Shown one piece after another: positions 16,570 through 27,132 of a stretch of 32,000 nt of DNA. A model generated the notes under the pieces. It had not been told where the DNA came from, did no database searches, and saw nothing but the letters and a program-made list of their open reading frames with translations. A program made the translations under genes and the position numbers. Location: NCBI GenBank assembly GCA_964640155.1, contig CAZXEQ010000007.1, forward strand, positions 150,001 through 182,000, written 5' to 3'. Numbering within the stretch: position 1 is the stretch's first letter; every line of letters begins with the position of its first letter. Origin of the DNA: an uncultured bacterium (GTDB lineage: Bacteria; Auribacterota; JACPWU01).

Positions 16570-17613
16570 TTAATCAAATACGGCTAAACTCACTCCAAAA
16601 GAGCTGTGCCCATCTGAATATCCAAAATCAAATCCGAATCCTGTGTAGGGTCCTGACTCATAAACATAATATCCATCTACATAGGCATAGGAACTTCCAC
16701 ATGTATCAGCCCAAGAAACAAGTTGATCCCAACCCCAAGGTTGATAGGTTGTGTAAGAAGCATATCCATAGGGGTAGTAGTAATAACTGGAATATTCATT
16801 CGCGAGTTTTTCTCTTTCTAACTCGAGTTTTTCCTGTTCCAAAATATACTCATTTTTAGCAGCAATATCTTGATCTGCTGATGCTCTAGCTGCTTTTTGT
16901 TGTTCAATGCTGGGGACTTTAGGGCCTGCAACGCTTTCACCTACAGGACTCCAACCTGGAGGAGGGGCAATTGCAACTTTTGCATTTCCACGAGCCTTAA
17001 GATAGTCTTCTCTTGAGATCTTCATTCCTTGAGATTCTTCCGTCATCCCCAATTTTTCATACAATTGAGCAATAACTTGTGCTCCTTTATCGCTTTGAGT
17101 TTGATCCACGATTGTTTTAGCTACAGACAAAACACCTGCAGCACCATCATGATCTCCTATTTGAATAAGCCCATTAGCTGCTTCTGTCATTCCAATCCAA
17201 TCATTCTGTGATTGAGCAGTTTGTTCGGCTAAATGAAAAGCTTGGTTGCTGCTTTCTTTTTTTCCTTGATCAGGTGGTAAACTTGCAAACGCGTATCCAA
17301 CCGCAATCGCAATTCTCCAATCCTGCTTTTGCTCGGCCATTTGAAAAGCTTGATCAAATAAACCTGATGCCTGAGCTGGTTCGCCAAGTTTTAAAAGAGC
17401 ATTCCCAGCATCCAAACATCCTCTTGGCTCACTTGCTTGAGCAGCAAATTGACCTGCTTCTTGAAAATGTTGAATAGCTTCAGCTTTGTTTTTTGCCTTA
17501 ATGGCTTGAAAACCTTTTGCAAAAGAATCATGCATGGATCGAGTGGGATCTTCCGAAAAACCTCGAGTTGCGATTAAGCTTATCATTAGAATAAAAAGTG
17601 CATATCGTTTCAT
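16570..17613 (-). CDS. Secreted repeat protein (TPR/Sel1-like helical repeats) with an aromatic/Gly-rich C-terminal tail
   Basis: The track start (GTG 17622) lies inside a strong SD (AAGGTG). ATG at 17613, 6 nt downstream of it, gives the signal peptide MKRYALFILMISLIATRGFS|EDP. Repeated A/Q-rich helical units (...AFQMAEQKQDWRIAIAVGYA..., ...AFHLAEQTAQSQNDWIGMTEAANG...). Last ~75 aa: YSSYYYYPYGYASYTTYQPWGWDQ...GYYVYESGPYTGFGFDFGYSDGHSSFGVSLAVFD. Confidence 0.6.
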   Translation of the reverse strand: MKRYALFILMISLIATRGFSEDPTRSMHDSFAKGFQAIKAKNKAEAIQHFQEAGQFAAQASEPRGCLDAGNALLKLGEPAQASGLFDQAFQMAEQKQDWRIAIAVGYAFASLPPDQGKKESSNQAFHLAEQTAQSQNDWIGMTEAANGLIQIGDHDGAAGVLSVAKTIVDQTQSDKGAQVIAQLYEKLGMTEESQGMKISREDYLKARGNAKVAIAPPPGWSPVGESVAGPKVPSIEQQKAARASADQDIAAKNEYILEQEKLELEREKLANEYSSYYYYPYGYASYTTYQPWGWDQLVSWADTCGSSYAYVDGYYVYESGPYTGFGFDFGYSDGHSSFGVSLAVFD

Positions 17614-17690
17614 ATTTTTCACCTTCAGTTAGTGGGTTAAAAATACCTCACCTAAACCTGCTTTGGGAGGCTAAAACTCAAGTTTAAACT

Positions 17691-17740
17691 TCAAAAACCC
17701 CCATTTCGATCGTTTATTAACCTATTGAAATTTGACGGGG
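17691..17740 (-). terminator. Terminator-like hairpin in a divergent intergenic region (possible leader attenuator)
   Basis: On the minus strand, CCCC (17740-17737) and ATTTC pair with GAAAT and GGGG(G) (17702-17698) around a ~19-nt loop with a 5-nt bulge, followed by TTTTTGA (complement of 17691-17697). It lies upstream of the minus-strand repeat-protein gene, and no minus-strand gene lies upstream of it to terminate. Confidence 0.25.
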
Positions 17741-17839
17741 AATACAAGGTTTTTTAAATGAGTAGTTTCTGTGTTTCTTCAAACAAATTGACAACACTTT
17801 CAGCCTATGATTGTATAGATGCGCATTTGGGGAATATTT

Positions 17840-18337
17840 ATGGCAAAAAATTCTGCTGAAGGTAGTCAAGCTCCCTCAAAAGGGGGAGATGGCGCAGGAA
17901 AAAATTGGTTAGCCGTTTTAAGAATTTTTATGGGGGCTTATTTTATTAACACGAGCCTCAGTAAATTTACGGCTTCTTATCTGGGTGAATTTTCAAGAAT
18001 GGTTAGTCGCTGGGCTCATGATAGTTCTTTTGAACTTTATCGCAATTTCATCAGCGATTTTATAGTTCCTCATGCAAAGTTTTTTGCTTATTTTACTGCT
18101 ATTGGAGAATTCTATATTGGGATTACACTGATCATTGGTTTTCTTTCGGGTTTGTCAGCATTACTAGGAATTTCCCTTTATTTGAATTATTATCTGGGCG
18201 GCAGTGAAGGAAATATCATGTGGCAAATAGGGCATGTGATTATTTCTCTTTTAGTAGTCTTTTTTACAAAAGCAGGTCGAGTTTTAGGTTTTGATAAATA
18301 TTTATCTAAAAAAATCCTTTTTAAATATATTGTTTAA
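17840..18337 (+). CDS. DoxX-family-like integral membrane protein
   Basis: ATG at 17840 is preceded by GGGGA (17829-17833) at 6-nt spacing. Four hydrophobic helices beginning ...NWLAVLRIFMGAYFINTSLSKF... as in DoxX/DoxD-like proteins. Family assignment is moderate. Confidence 0.5.
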   Translation: MAKNSAEGSQAPSKGGDGAGKNWLAVLRIFMGAYFINTSLSKFTASYLGEFSRMVSRWAHDSSFELYRNFISDFIVPHAKFFAYFTAIGEFYIGITLIIGFLSGLSALLGISLYLNYYLGGSEGNIMWQIGHVIISLLVVFFTKAGRVLGFDKYLSKKILFKYIV

Positions 18338-18339
18338 TT

Positions 18340-19362
18340 ATGTCACTTCTTGAAATTTCAAAATTAATAGAACCAATCGCTGAGCCTTTGAATCAGGTTG
18401 AGCAAATGCTTGCTGAAGAAGCAAGTGCTTCTGAATTTCCTTTTATCAATCGTGCATCTCAACACATCACTCTAGATCATGGGAAAAGGCTTCGCCCCAT
18501 TCTTGTTCTTTCAGCCGCAAAAGCTTTTGGAAAAGTAACAATCGAACACATTAAATTATCTGTGATCATCGAACTCATTCACACAGCCACACTTCTTCAT
18601 GATGATGTTCTAGATGAAGCTCAAACCCGACGGCACCGAACAAGTATCAACTCGGTTTGGGGGAATACAACTTCAGTTCTTTTGGGAGATTATCTTTTTG
18701 CAAGAGCCCTCATGCTACTCTCCTCCTTAGGATCAAAAGATTTATTTTTTCTAGTTTCTGAAGCAACAAAAGATGTATGTGAAGGAGAAATTTTACAAAT
18801 TCAAAATGCACGAAAGATCGATCTTGACGAAGCAAATTATTTTGAAATTGTTCGTAAGAAAACGGCTTCTCTTTTTACGGCATGTTGCAAAGGAAGCGCT
18901 ATCATTTCAGGGTTAGATACATCTCTTGTCAATGCCATGGCAAAATATGGTGAATTGCTGGGAAATGCTTTTCAAATTGGAGATGATATTTTAGACATTA
19001 TGGGAAGCTCCTCTGAGGAAGGAAAAACATTAGGGACAGATTTAGAAAAAGGGAAAATGACGCTTCCTTTAATACATCTCTTGAAACATTTAAGTTCCGA
19101 AGAAAAAAAACTTCTTGAAGATATTATCGTTCAATCCAATCATGATGTTCCGGAAAGTAAAATTCAGCTTCTTTTAGCCAAGGGCAGAGGATTGCCAGAA
19201 ACATTCGAAGTTGTAAGCAATTTATGCAAAAATGCCAGTTTGGAATTAGGACGTTTTCCTTCCAACTTTGAACTAACACTTTTTAAAGTTATCCCTCAAT
19301 ATGTTCTTTCGCAGGCTCAACAACACTTAAGTGAAACAAATTCTCTTCTGAAGGTTTCATAA
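18340..19362 (+). CDS. ispB: Long-chain polyprenyl diphosphate synthase (IspB-like)
   Basis: Both aspartate-rich motifs are present: ...TATLLHDDVLDEAQTRR... and ...GNAFQIGDDILDI... Length of 340 aa is typical. Product chain length is not inferable. Confidence 0.85.
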   Translation: MSLLEISKLIEPIAEPLNQVEQMLAEEASASEFPFINRASQHITLDHGKRLRPILVLSAAKAFGKVTIEHIKLSVIIELIHTATLLHDDVLDEAQTRRHRTSINSVWGNTTSVLLGDYLFARALMLLSSLGSKDLFFLVSEATKDVCEGEILQIQNARKIDLDEANYFEIVRKKTASLFTACCKGSAIISGLDTSLVNAMAKYGELLGNAFQIGDDILDIMGSSSEEGKTLGTDLEKGKMTLPLIHLLKHLSSEEKKLLEDIIVQSNHDVPESKIQLLLAKGRGLPETFEVVSNLCKNASLELGRFPSNFELTLFKVIPQYVLSQAQQHLSETNSLLKVS

Positions 19363-19379
19363 ATCTATATCACATTCAG

Positions 19380-19505
19380 CGGGGTGGCACGACTGGGGGA
19401 CCCCCATCGAGCGCCAGCAGGTATCGTCGATATACTCAAAAATTTTCATGAGACTTTTTTTCGGTACCGATGCCGTCGATGGGGGTGAGGAGTGACAGGA
19501 CCCCG
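19380..19505 (+). ncRNA. GC-rich extended hairpin: candidate structured RNA or elaborate intrinsic terminator (family unassigned)
   Basis: Hand count gives 72/126 G+C (57%), and 66/96 (69%) in the arms, in a much lower-GC genome. Perfect 10-bp pairing CCCCCATCGA (19401-19410) / TCGATGGGGG (19476-19485). Further pairing: 19412-13/19474-75, 19417-19/19471-73, 19420-26/19462-68 and the outer CGGGGT (19380-85) / ACCCCG (19500-05). Two G-U wobbles (19379-19506, 19424-19464) work only for a plus-strand transcript. A T-rich tract follows (19506-19520). Confidence 0.35.
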
Positions 19506-19545
19506 TTCGCTTGTTCTTTAAAAATCTCTGGATATCTTCCCCTTC

Positions 19546-22521
<2,976 letters not shown>

Positions 22522-22547
22522 TAGGCCGAGCGTGACAATCTAGATGG

Positions 22548-23129
22548 TTATTCATAGATCTGAATAATTTTTTTTAAATCAAAAGTATCTCCCCAAATTT
22601 TTTGGCCATAATGTCGGAAAAAATCAATCATATATTTTTTCATCACAAATAATTGTTCCGATCGAGGACTTTTGCTAAGGGCTTTGCGCCAAAGTTGGGC
22701 TAGTTTAATGGGATCAAAAGGATTCTTTTTGAAAACTTCGATCATGTCTTGGCAATCTGATACCAGATAGCGTCCAATCTTTCCAATACTCCAGTACAAT
22801 GGATGAGCGAGATAAACTTTAATTTCATTAAAAGTTTTATAGAGAATAATATTTTTGTCAAAATCAAGGAAACTTAATGAAGACCATCGATCAACATTGT
22901 CACTAAATTGAGCCTGAACTCCTGTTTGATGGACCACTTTAGCAACAGCTTCGGAAAACGCATTGAATGAACACGCCTCTTTAAATTGAAATTGAAAATC
23001 GACATCGAGTGTTGGACGAACTCCTCCAAAAAGAAGTGCAGCAGCTCCTCCAATAAGAATAATTTCTGTCGGATGTTTCCACTCGTTAGAAAGCTTTTCA
23101 AAAAAAACATCAATATCATTCTTTTTCAT
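22548..23129 (-). CDS. Minimal nucleotidyltransferase-fold protein (candidate toxin/effector)
   Basis: ...EIILIGGAAALLFGGVRPTLDVDFQF... fits the pol-beta superfamily signature hG[GS]-x9-13-Dh[DE]h (13 residues between GG and DVD). 193 aa. ATGA overlap with the upstream HTH gene. Confidence 0.5.
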   Translation of the reverse strand: MKKNDIDVFFEKLSNEWKHPTEIILIGGAAALLFGGVRPTLDVDFQFQFKEACSFNAFSEAVAKVVHQTGVQAQFSDNVDRWSSLSFLDFDKNIILYKTFNEIKVYLAHPLYWSIGKIGRYLVSDCQDMIEVFKKNPFDPIKLAQLWRKALSKSPRSEQLFVMKKYMIDFFRHYGQKIWGDTFDLKKIIQIYE

Positions 23130-23608
23130 GAAATGTATTTCCAGAGATGTTTATCAATTCGATCTAATAAATGTGTAATCAATTTTTGAGAGTAAAGCGT
23201 CTTTAATTCACTCCATCTTTTTGCTACGAAGGTTCTTCGATGTGGATAGAAGAGAGGACGTGGTACATTTACCGCACGCAATTTAGTGAGAACAAGTAAT
23301 TCTATTTCATCACACAACTTGTTTTCTTCATCAGAAAGTTCTCTTTTTCCTGTAATTATTTGCAATGCAATTTTATCCAGTTCATGTCGATTTAAGTTTT
23401 CAAGAGGTGAGTGATGAGGCTCTAAATTTACCCAAGAAATTTTTAAAGCCTCACAAATACGATTTAAAGTACGGACCGTAATGTCTCGTTTTTGGTTTTC
23501 AATAGCAGAAATGGCTGATTGGGGGAGTCCACATATTTTTCCAAGCTCGACTTGGCTTAAATGAGATTTCAATCGATTAAGTTTAAGCTCTAATGAGATC
23601 GAATTCAT
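23126..23608 (-). CDS. XRE-family helix-turn-helix protein with a ~95-aa C-terminal extension (candidate antitoxin/regulator)
   Basis: ...LKSHLSQVELGKICGLPQSAISAIENQKRDITVRTLNRICEALKISWVNL... is a typical HTH_3/XRE motif. First gene of a two-gene minus-strand unit. Confidence 0.75.
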   Translation of the reverse strand: MNSISLELKLNRLKSHLSQVELGKICGLPQSAISAIENQKRDITVRTLNRICEALKISWVNLEPHHSPLENLNRHELDKIALQIITGKRELSDEENKLCDEIELLVLTKLRAVNVPRPLFYPHRRTFVAKRWSELKTLYSQKLITHLLDRIDKHLWKYIS

Positions 23609-23614
23609 GATTCT

Positions 23615-23642
23615 ATTATATTAAATATTATATATTTGTCAA
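23615..23642 (-). promoter_or_regulatory. Consensus sigma70 promoter positioned for a leaderless HTH-NTase transcript
   Basis: Minus strand reads TTGACA (complement of 23637-23642) - 16 nt - TATAAT (complement of 23615-23620) - AGAATC - ATG (start at 23608). There is no room for, and no sign of, an SD. Confidence 0.55.
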
Positions 23643-23699
23643 AAAATAAATTAAATAAAAATAATGTTATTTCTGTATTATATTTATATGGAGAAAGTT

Positions 23700-25319
23700 A
23701 TGACTATTTTAATGGTTGGCTTGATTCTTGGAAAATATGATGTATATTACTCAGGACCAATGAAAACCATGCTGGATATTCTTATTTTCTATTTTATTCT
23801 TCAGAGCTCATTCCTTCAGGCAAGTGAGACTGACAAAAGAGAATTTGATTTATCAAAATCTTCCATCACCCAAAAGACTTTTACTGCACACAGTCATCTT
23901 CAAATCCAAAAGAATTACTTACTCCTTTCAAAAATTCCTGTTCCGTCTCTTTTCAATGTATCACTCGTATTGAATGTATTTGCAAATGTGCACGCAGAAG
24001 AGCAAAGAGCTTTAGCAGAAGCTTATGTACATGCATTTCAGGACTGGGTCATCAAAACAGGGCAGGGTCAAAGTACTGAAGCAATTTCAGAAAAAACACT
24101 TCGTTTAATCGATGAGTGGGAAAGCAAAAGAAAGACAGAACAAGGACAATTATCAGAACGTGAACAAAGAATTTTTTCTATGCTTAGAGAAGCAAGTTCT
24201 ATAAAAGTAACGGAGCCCGCCGCGAGGCTTACTGAAAATGATATTCAACTATTATGTTGTCTTGGCCTTTTGCATGTAGATGCTATCTTTTTGTTTATTA
24301 ATGATTTCTATTTTGAATATCAAGATTTGGTTGGAAATTTAGTTAAAACATCTAAAAATAATGAAGAAATTCAAAGATGGAAGAATGCATGGAATACTAA
24401 GTTAGAGGAAAGTCGTCTGCAATGGGTTTTTAATCAAGACTTAGGATTAATGTATAATCCTTCCGTTGCTATAGCTTATGATCCTAAAGAAATTAAAACA
24501 AAAAGAGTTGGTCCCTTTGTCTATTTTGAAATTCCAGATATGCCAAACAGACGTTCTCGTCGTATACATCGAGAAAGTTGCATTCGTTCTGATTTTTTAG
24601 ATGTTTTAGAGGAGGACACAATTATGGATGATTCTATTAATAGTATTCTTGTCGTGACTCGAAGATGGCCTCGAGTAACTTATGATTCTCTTCTAATCAG
24701 CAAAGAATGGAAACCTCAAAAATTAATACGAGACCTTATTCGTTCTCAATTAAAATGGGCTAGTCGAAATGCCATTTTGTGTTTTCATCGGGGGAATCGA
24801 TTTGTTGACCATCAGCATTCTCATCTTTATCCTGTGGGTTCTTTCCCAATAGCAGAGCTTGCTGGAAGTTTTATTTCTTCTACCTGCTTACATGGATTGG
24901 AAATAGGAAGTCTTTCGAATTATCCTGTCCACCATATTGCATTTTCGAGTTCTAACGCTGAAAATTTAGAGGAAGCAACTTTAACTATGTCTGAATTTTT
25001 AGAGGAGAAACAGATAAGATTTCACCAGCTTGTTTTTTATCATCCTCTGATCAAGAAAATAATGGTTTGTTTTGTTTTTTGGAAAGATGTTCGGGATTAT
25101 CCTCTTCCTTTTACCTTTGAAACTCCAGGAGCTATTACAGTTGAAGTTCCTACCGATCTTTCAGAAGAAACCATTCGTCATCATTTAAAAGCTATTTCTG
25201 TCCCTCAAGAAACAGTCGATCGTATTCGAGATGAATTTTTGGAAAGAAGATGGAGGAGAGTTATCCCAGGCAGACAGGATGTTCCTCTTTCCTTTGAATT
25301 TTTTGAAGAAGCTGCTTAA
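23700..25319 (+). CDS. Hypothetical protein, 539 aa, with a hydrophobic N-terminus (orphan)
   Basis: ATG at 23700 is preceded by GGAGA (23690-23694) at 5-nt spacing; track start 23664 is probably over-extended. An internal ATG at 23760 would give a signal-peptide-like MKTMLDILIFYFILQSSFLQA|SE. I recognised no conserved domain. Confidence 0.6.
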   Translation: MTILMVGLILGKYDVYYSGPMKTMLDILIFYFILQSSFLQASETDKREFDLSKSSITQKTFTAHSHLQIQKNYLLLSKIPVPSLFNVSLVLNVFANVHAEEQRALAEAYVHAFQDWVIKTGQGQSTEAISEKTLRLIDEWESKRKTEQGQLSEREQRIFSMLREASSIKVTEPAARLTENDIQLLCCLGLLHVDAIFLFINDFYFEYQDLVGNLVKTSKNNEEIQRWKNAWNTKLEESRLQWVFNQDLGLMYNPSVAIAYDPKEIKTKRVGPFVYFEIPDMPNRRSRRIHRESCIRSDFLDVLEEDTIMDDSINSILVVTRRWPRVTYDSLLISKEWKPQKLIRDLIRSQLKWASRNAILCFHRGNRFVDHQHSHLYPVGSFPIAELAGSFISSTCLHGLEIGSLSNYPVHHIAFSSSNAENLEEATLTMSEFLEEKQIRFHQLVFYHPLIKKIMVCFVFWKDVRDYPLPFTFETPGAITVEVPTDLSEETIRHHLKAISVPQETVDRIRDEFLERRWRRVIPGRQDVPLSFEFFEEAA

Positions 25320-25413
25320 ACTTGAGATTGTAGTAGCTCACACATCCCAAATCGTATATCTTATATAGCTAAAAATTGAATCACTCTTATTCATTACTTT
25401 GCAATGAGGTTAA

Positions 25414-26406
25414 ATGGAACGCGTTTTAAGTGGAACTCGACCGACAGATCGTCTGCATCTAGGTAATTACGTTGGGGCAATACAAAATTGGAAAACACTA
25501 CAAGATAAGCTTGGAACGGAGCTAGATCAGTGTTTTTTTATGATTGCCGACTGGCATGCCATCACGACTGAGTACGAAAATCCTAAGCAACTTCGAGAAA
25601 ATATTCGCCAGGTTGCGATTGATTATTTAAGCGCCGGAATTGATCCTGAAAAATCGATACTCTTTATTCAATCTCATGTCAAAGAACATGCAGAGTTAAA
25701 TCTCTTACTGGGAATGCTTACCCCGATTGCTTGGCTAGAGCGCAACCCTACTTACAAAGAACAATTGGAAGAAATTAAGGGTAAAGATATACGAACTTTT
25801 GGATTTTTAGGTTATCCTATTTTACAAGCTTCAGATATCTTGGCTTATAAGGCAACGCTTGTTCCGGTAGGGGTGGATCAGCTTCCTCATCTGGAACTTT
25901 GCCGAGAAATGGTTCGCCGATTTAATTTTATTTATAAAAAAGAAATTTTTCCTGAACCTAAAGATTCTTTAACGAAAACGCCCAAGCTTGCGGGAATGGA
26001 TGGGCGTAAAATGAGTAAGAGTTATGGAAACGCAATTTATCTTTCTGATTCAGGATCTATTTTAGAAAAAAAAGTGATGGCCACAATCACAGATCCAGCT
26101 CGGAAAAGAAGAGCTGATAAAGGTCATCCAGAAGTTTGTACAGTTTATTCGTATCATGAACTTTTTAGTAAACCTGAACTTGAAACTATTTCTCATGAAT
26201 GTCGAGAAGCCCTACGAGGCTGCACCGACTGTAAAATGAATTTATTTAAAAATATGTCATCAGGATTAGCTCCGCTTCATGAAAAGCGAAAAGAATTGGA
26301 GTCTAAGCCTCAAAAGGTAGAAGAAATTTTAGAATCAGGAGCTATAAAGGCTCGAAAAGTGGCTCAATCAACATTGGCAGAAGTTAGAGAAACGATGGGA
26401 CTATAG
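25414..26406 (+). CDS. trpS: Tryptophan-tRNA ligase
   Basis: Class I signatures ...GTRPTDRLHLGNYVGAI... (HIGH-like) and KMSKSYGN, with ...QASDILAY...VPVGVDQLPHLEL... Confidence 0.95.
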   Translation: MERVLSGTRPTDRLHLGNYVGAIQNWKTLQDKLGTELDQCFFMIADWHAITTEYENPKQLRENIRQVAIDYLSAGIDPEKSILFIQSHVKEHAELNLLLGMLTPIAWLERNPTYKEQLEEIKGKDIRTFGFLGYPILQASDILAYKATLVPVGVDQLPHLELCREMVRRFNFIYKKEIFPEPKDSLTKTPKLAGMDGRKMSKSYGNAIYLSDSGSILEKKVMATITDPARKRRADKGHPEVCTVYSYHELFSKPELETISHECREALRGCTDCKMNLFKNMSSGLAPLHEKRKELESKPQKVEEILESGAIKARKVAQSTLAEVRETMGL

Positions 26407-27131
26407 TGGAAGACTATAAAGTTAAATTAGAAATTTTTGAAGGACCCCTTGATCTTCTTCTTTATTTAGTAAAGAAGACAGAAGTAGATATTTATCACAT
26501 TCCTATTGTTCAAATCACAGATCAATATTTAAAATATTTAGAATTGATGAAAATGTTGGATTTGGATATTGCGGGAGAGTTTTTATGGATGGCATCTAAT
26601 TTAATTTATATTAAGAGTAAAATGCTACTTCCACCCGATGAGCGTCCGGAAGAAGAAATAGAAGACGAGATGGATCCTCATCAAGAACTGATTCGGCAAC
26701 TTCTTGAATATAAAAAATTTAAAGAAGCTGCTGAAAGTCTTGAGGAAATGGAAGAAAAGAGAAAACAGTATTTCCCAAGAGAAGCTTCACTAGAAGTCGA
26801 CAGTTCTGATATTAGCTTAGATCTTAAACCTGTCAGTCTTTTTGATCTTTTGAGTGCTTTTTCTGAAATATTGCAAAAAATCGGCGTTCGAGAAAGCCTC
26901 AAAAAAATATTTGAAGAAGAAGTATCTGTTGAAAAAAAAATCGAAATGATAGATAAAATGATTTCAGTAGCTGGAAGTTTTGCGTTTCAAGAGCTTTTTG
27001 CCGAGACTTCTTCGCGCATGGAAATCATTGCTACGTTTCTTGCTGTGCTAGAATTGATTCGTCTCAAAAGAATAAAAGTTGCACAATCTGAAGCTTTTGG
27101 AAATATACTTATTCAAAGGAATGCTGCATAA
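26406..27131 (+). CDS. scpA: Segregation and condensation protein A
   Basis: GTG start overlapping the trpS stop by 1 nt. ...LEIFEGPLDLLLYLVKKTEVDIYHIPIVQITDQYL... and ...EIIATFLAVLELIRLKRIKVAQ... are typical ScpA termini. Confidence 0.9.
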   Translation: MEDYKVKLEIFEGPLDLLLYLVKKTEVDIYHIPIVQITDQYLKYLELMKMLDLDIAGEFLWMASNLIYIKSKMLLPPDERPEEEIEDEMDPHQELIRQLLEYKKFKEAAESLEEMEEKRKQYFPREASLEVDSSDISLDLKPVSLFDLLSAFSEILQKIGVRESLKKIFEEEVSVEKKIEMIDKMISVAGSFAFQELFAETSSRMEIIATFLAVLELIRLKRIKVAQSEAFGNILIQRNAA

Positions 27132-27132
27132 A

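Noticed and set aside
17788-17821. TTGACA (17788-17793) with TATGAT (17806-17811), 7 nt before ATG 17819, as a leaderless promoter for the DoxX-like gene
   Set aside because: The -35/-10 spacer would be only 12 nt. ATG 17840 has a good SD (GGGGA), so a conventional short leader is more likely.
19381-19395. GGGTGGCACGAC resembles the T-box motif GGGUGGUACCGCG
   Set aside because: It sits at the 5' end of the element rather than in a 3' antiterminator. There is no Stem I or specifier-loop architecture. The downstream gene is ligA, not an aminoacyl-tRNA synthetase, and it has its own promoter downstream of the element.
19380-19505. Possible SRP (4.5S) RNA, tmRNA, RNase P RNA, or a TPP, ZTP, cobalamin or guanidine-II riboswitch
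   Set aside because: It has no GGAA tetraloop with flanking AGCAGC-type SRP loops and no tRNA-like CCA end. The conserved RNase P P4 sequence (GAAAGUCCGG) is absent. CUGAGA (TPP), the CCGCCUGGGC 3' segment (ZTP) and the B12 box are all absent, and there are no paired ACGR loops. The element is also too short for tmRNA or RNase P. These comparisons rely on motifs recalled from memory; a covariance-model search is still needed.
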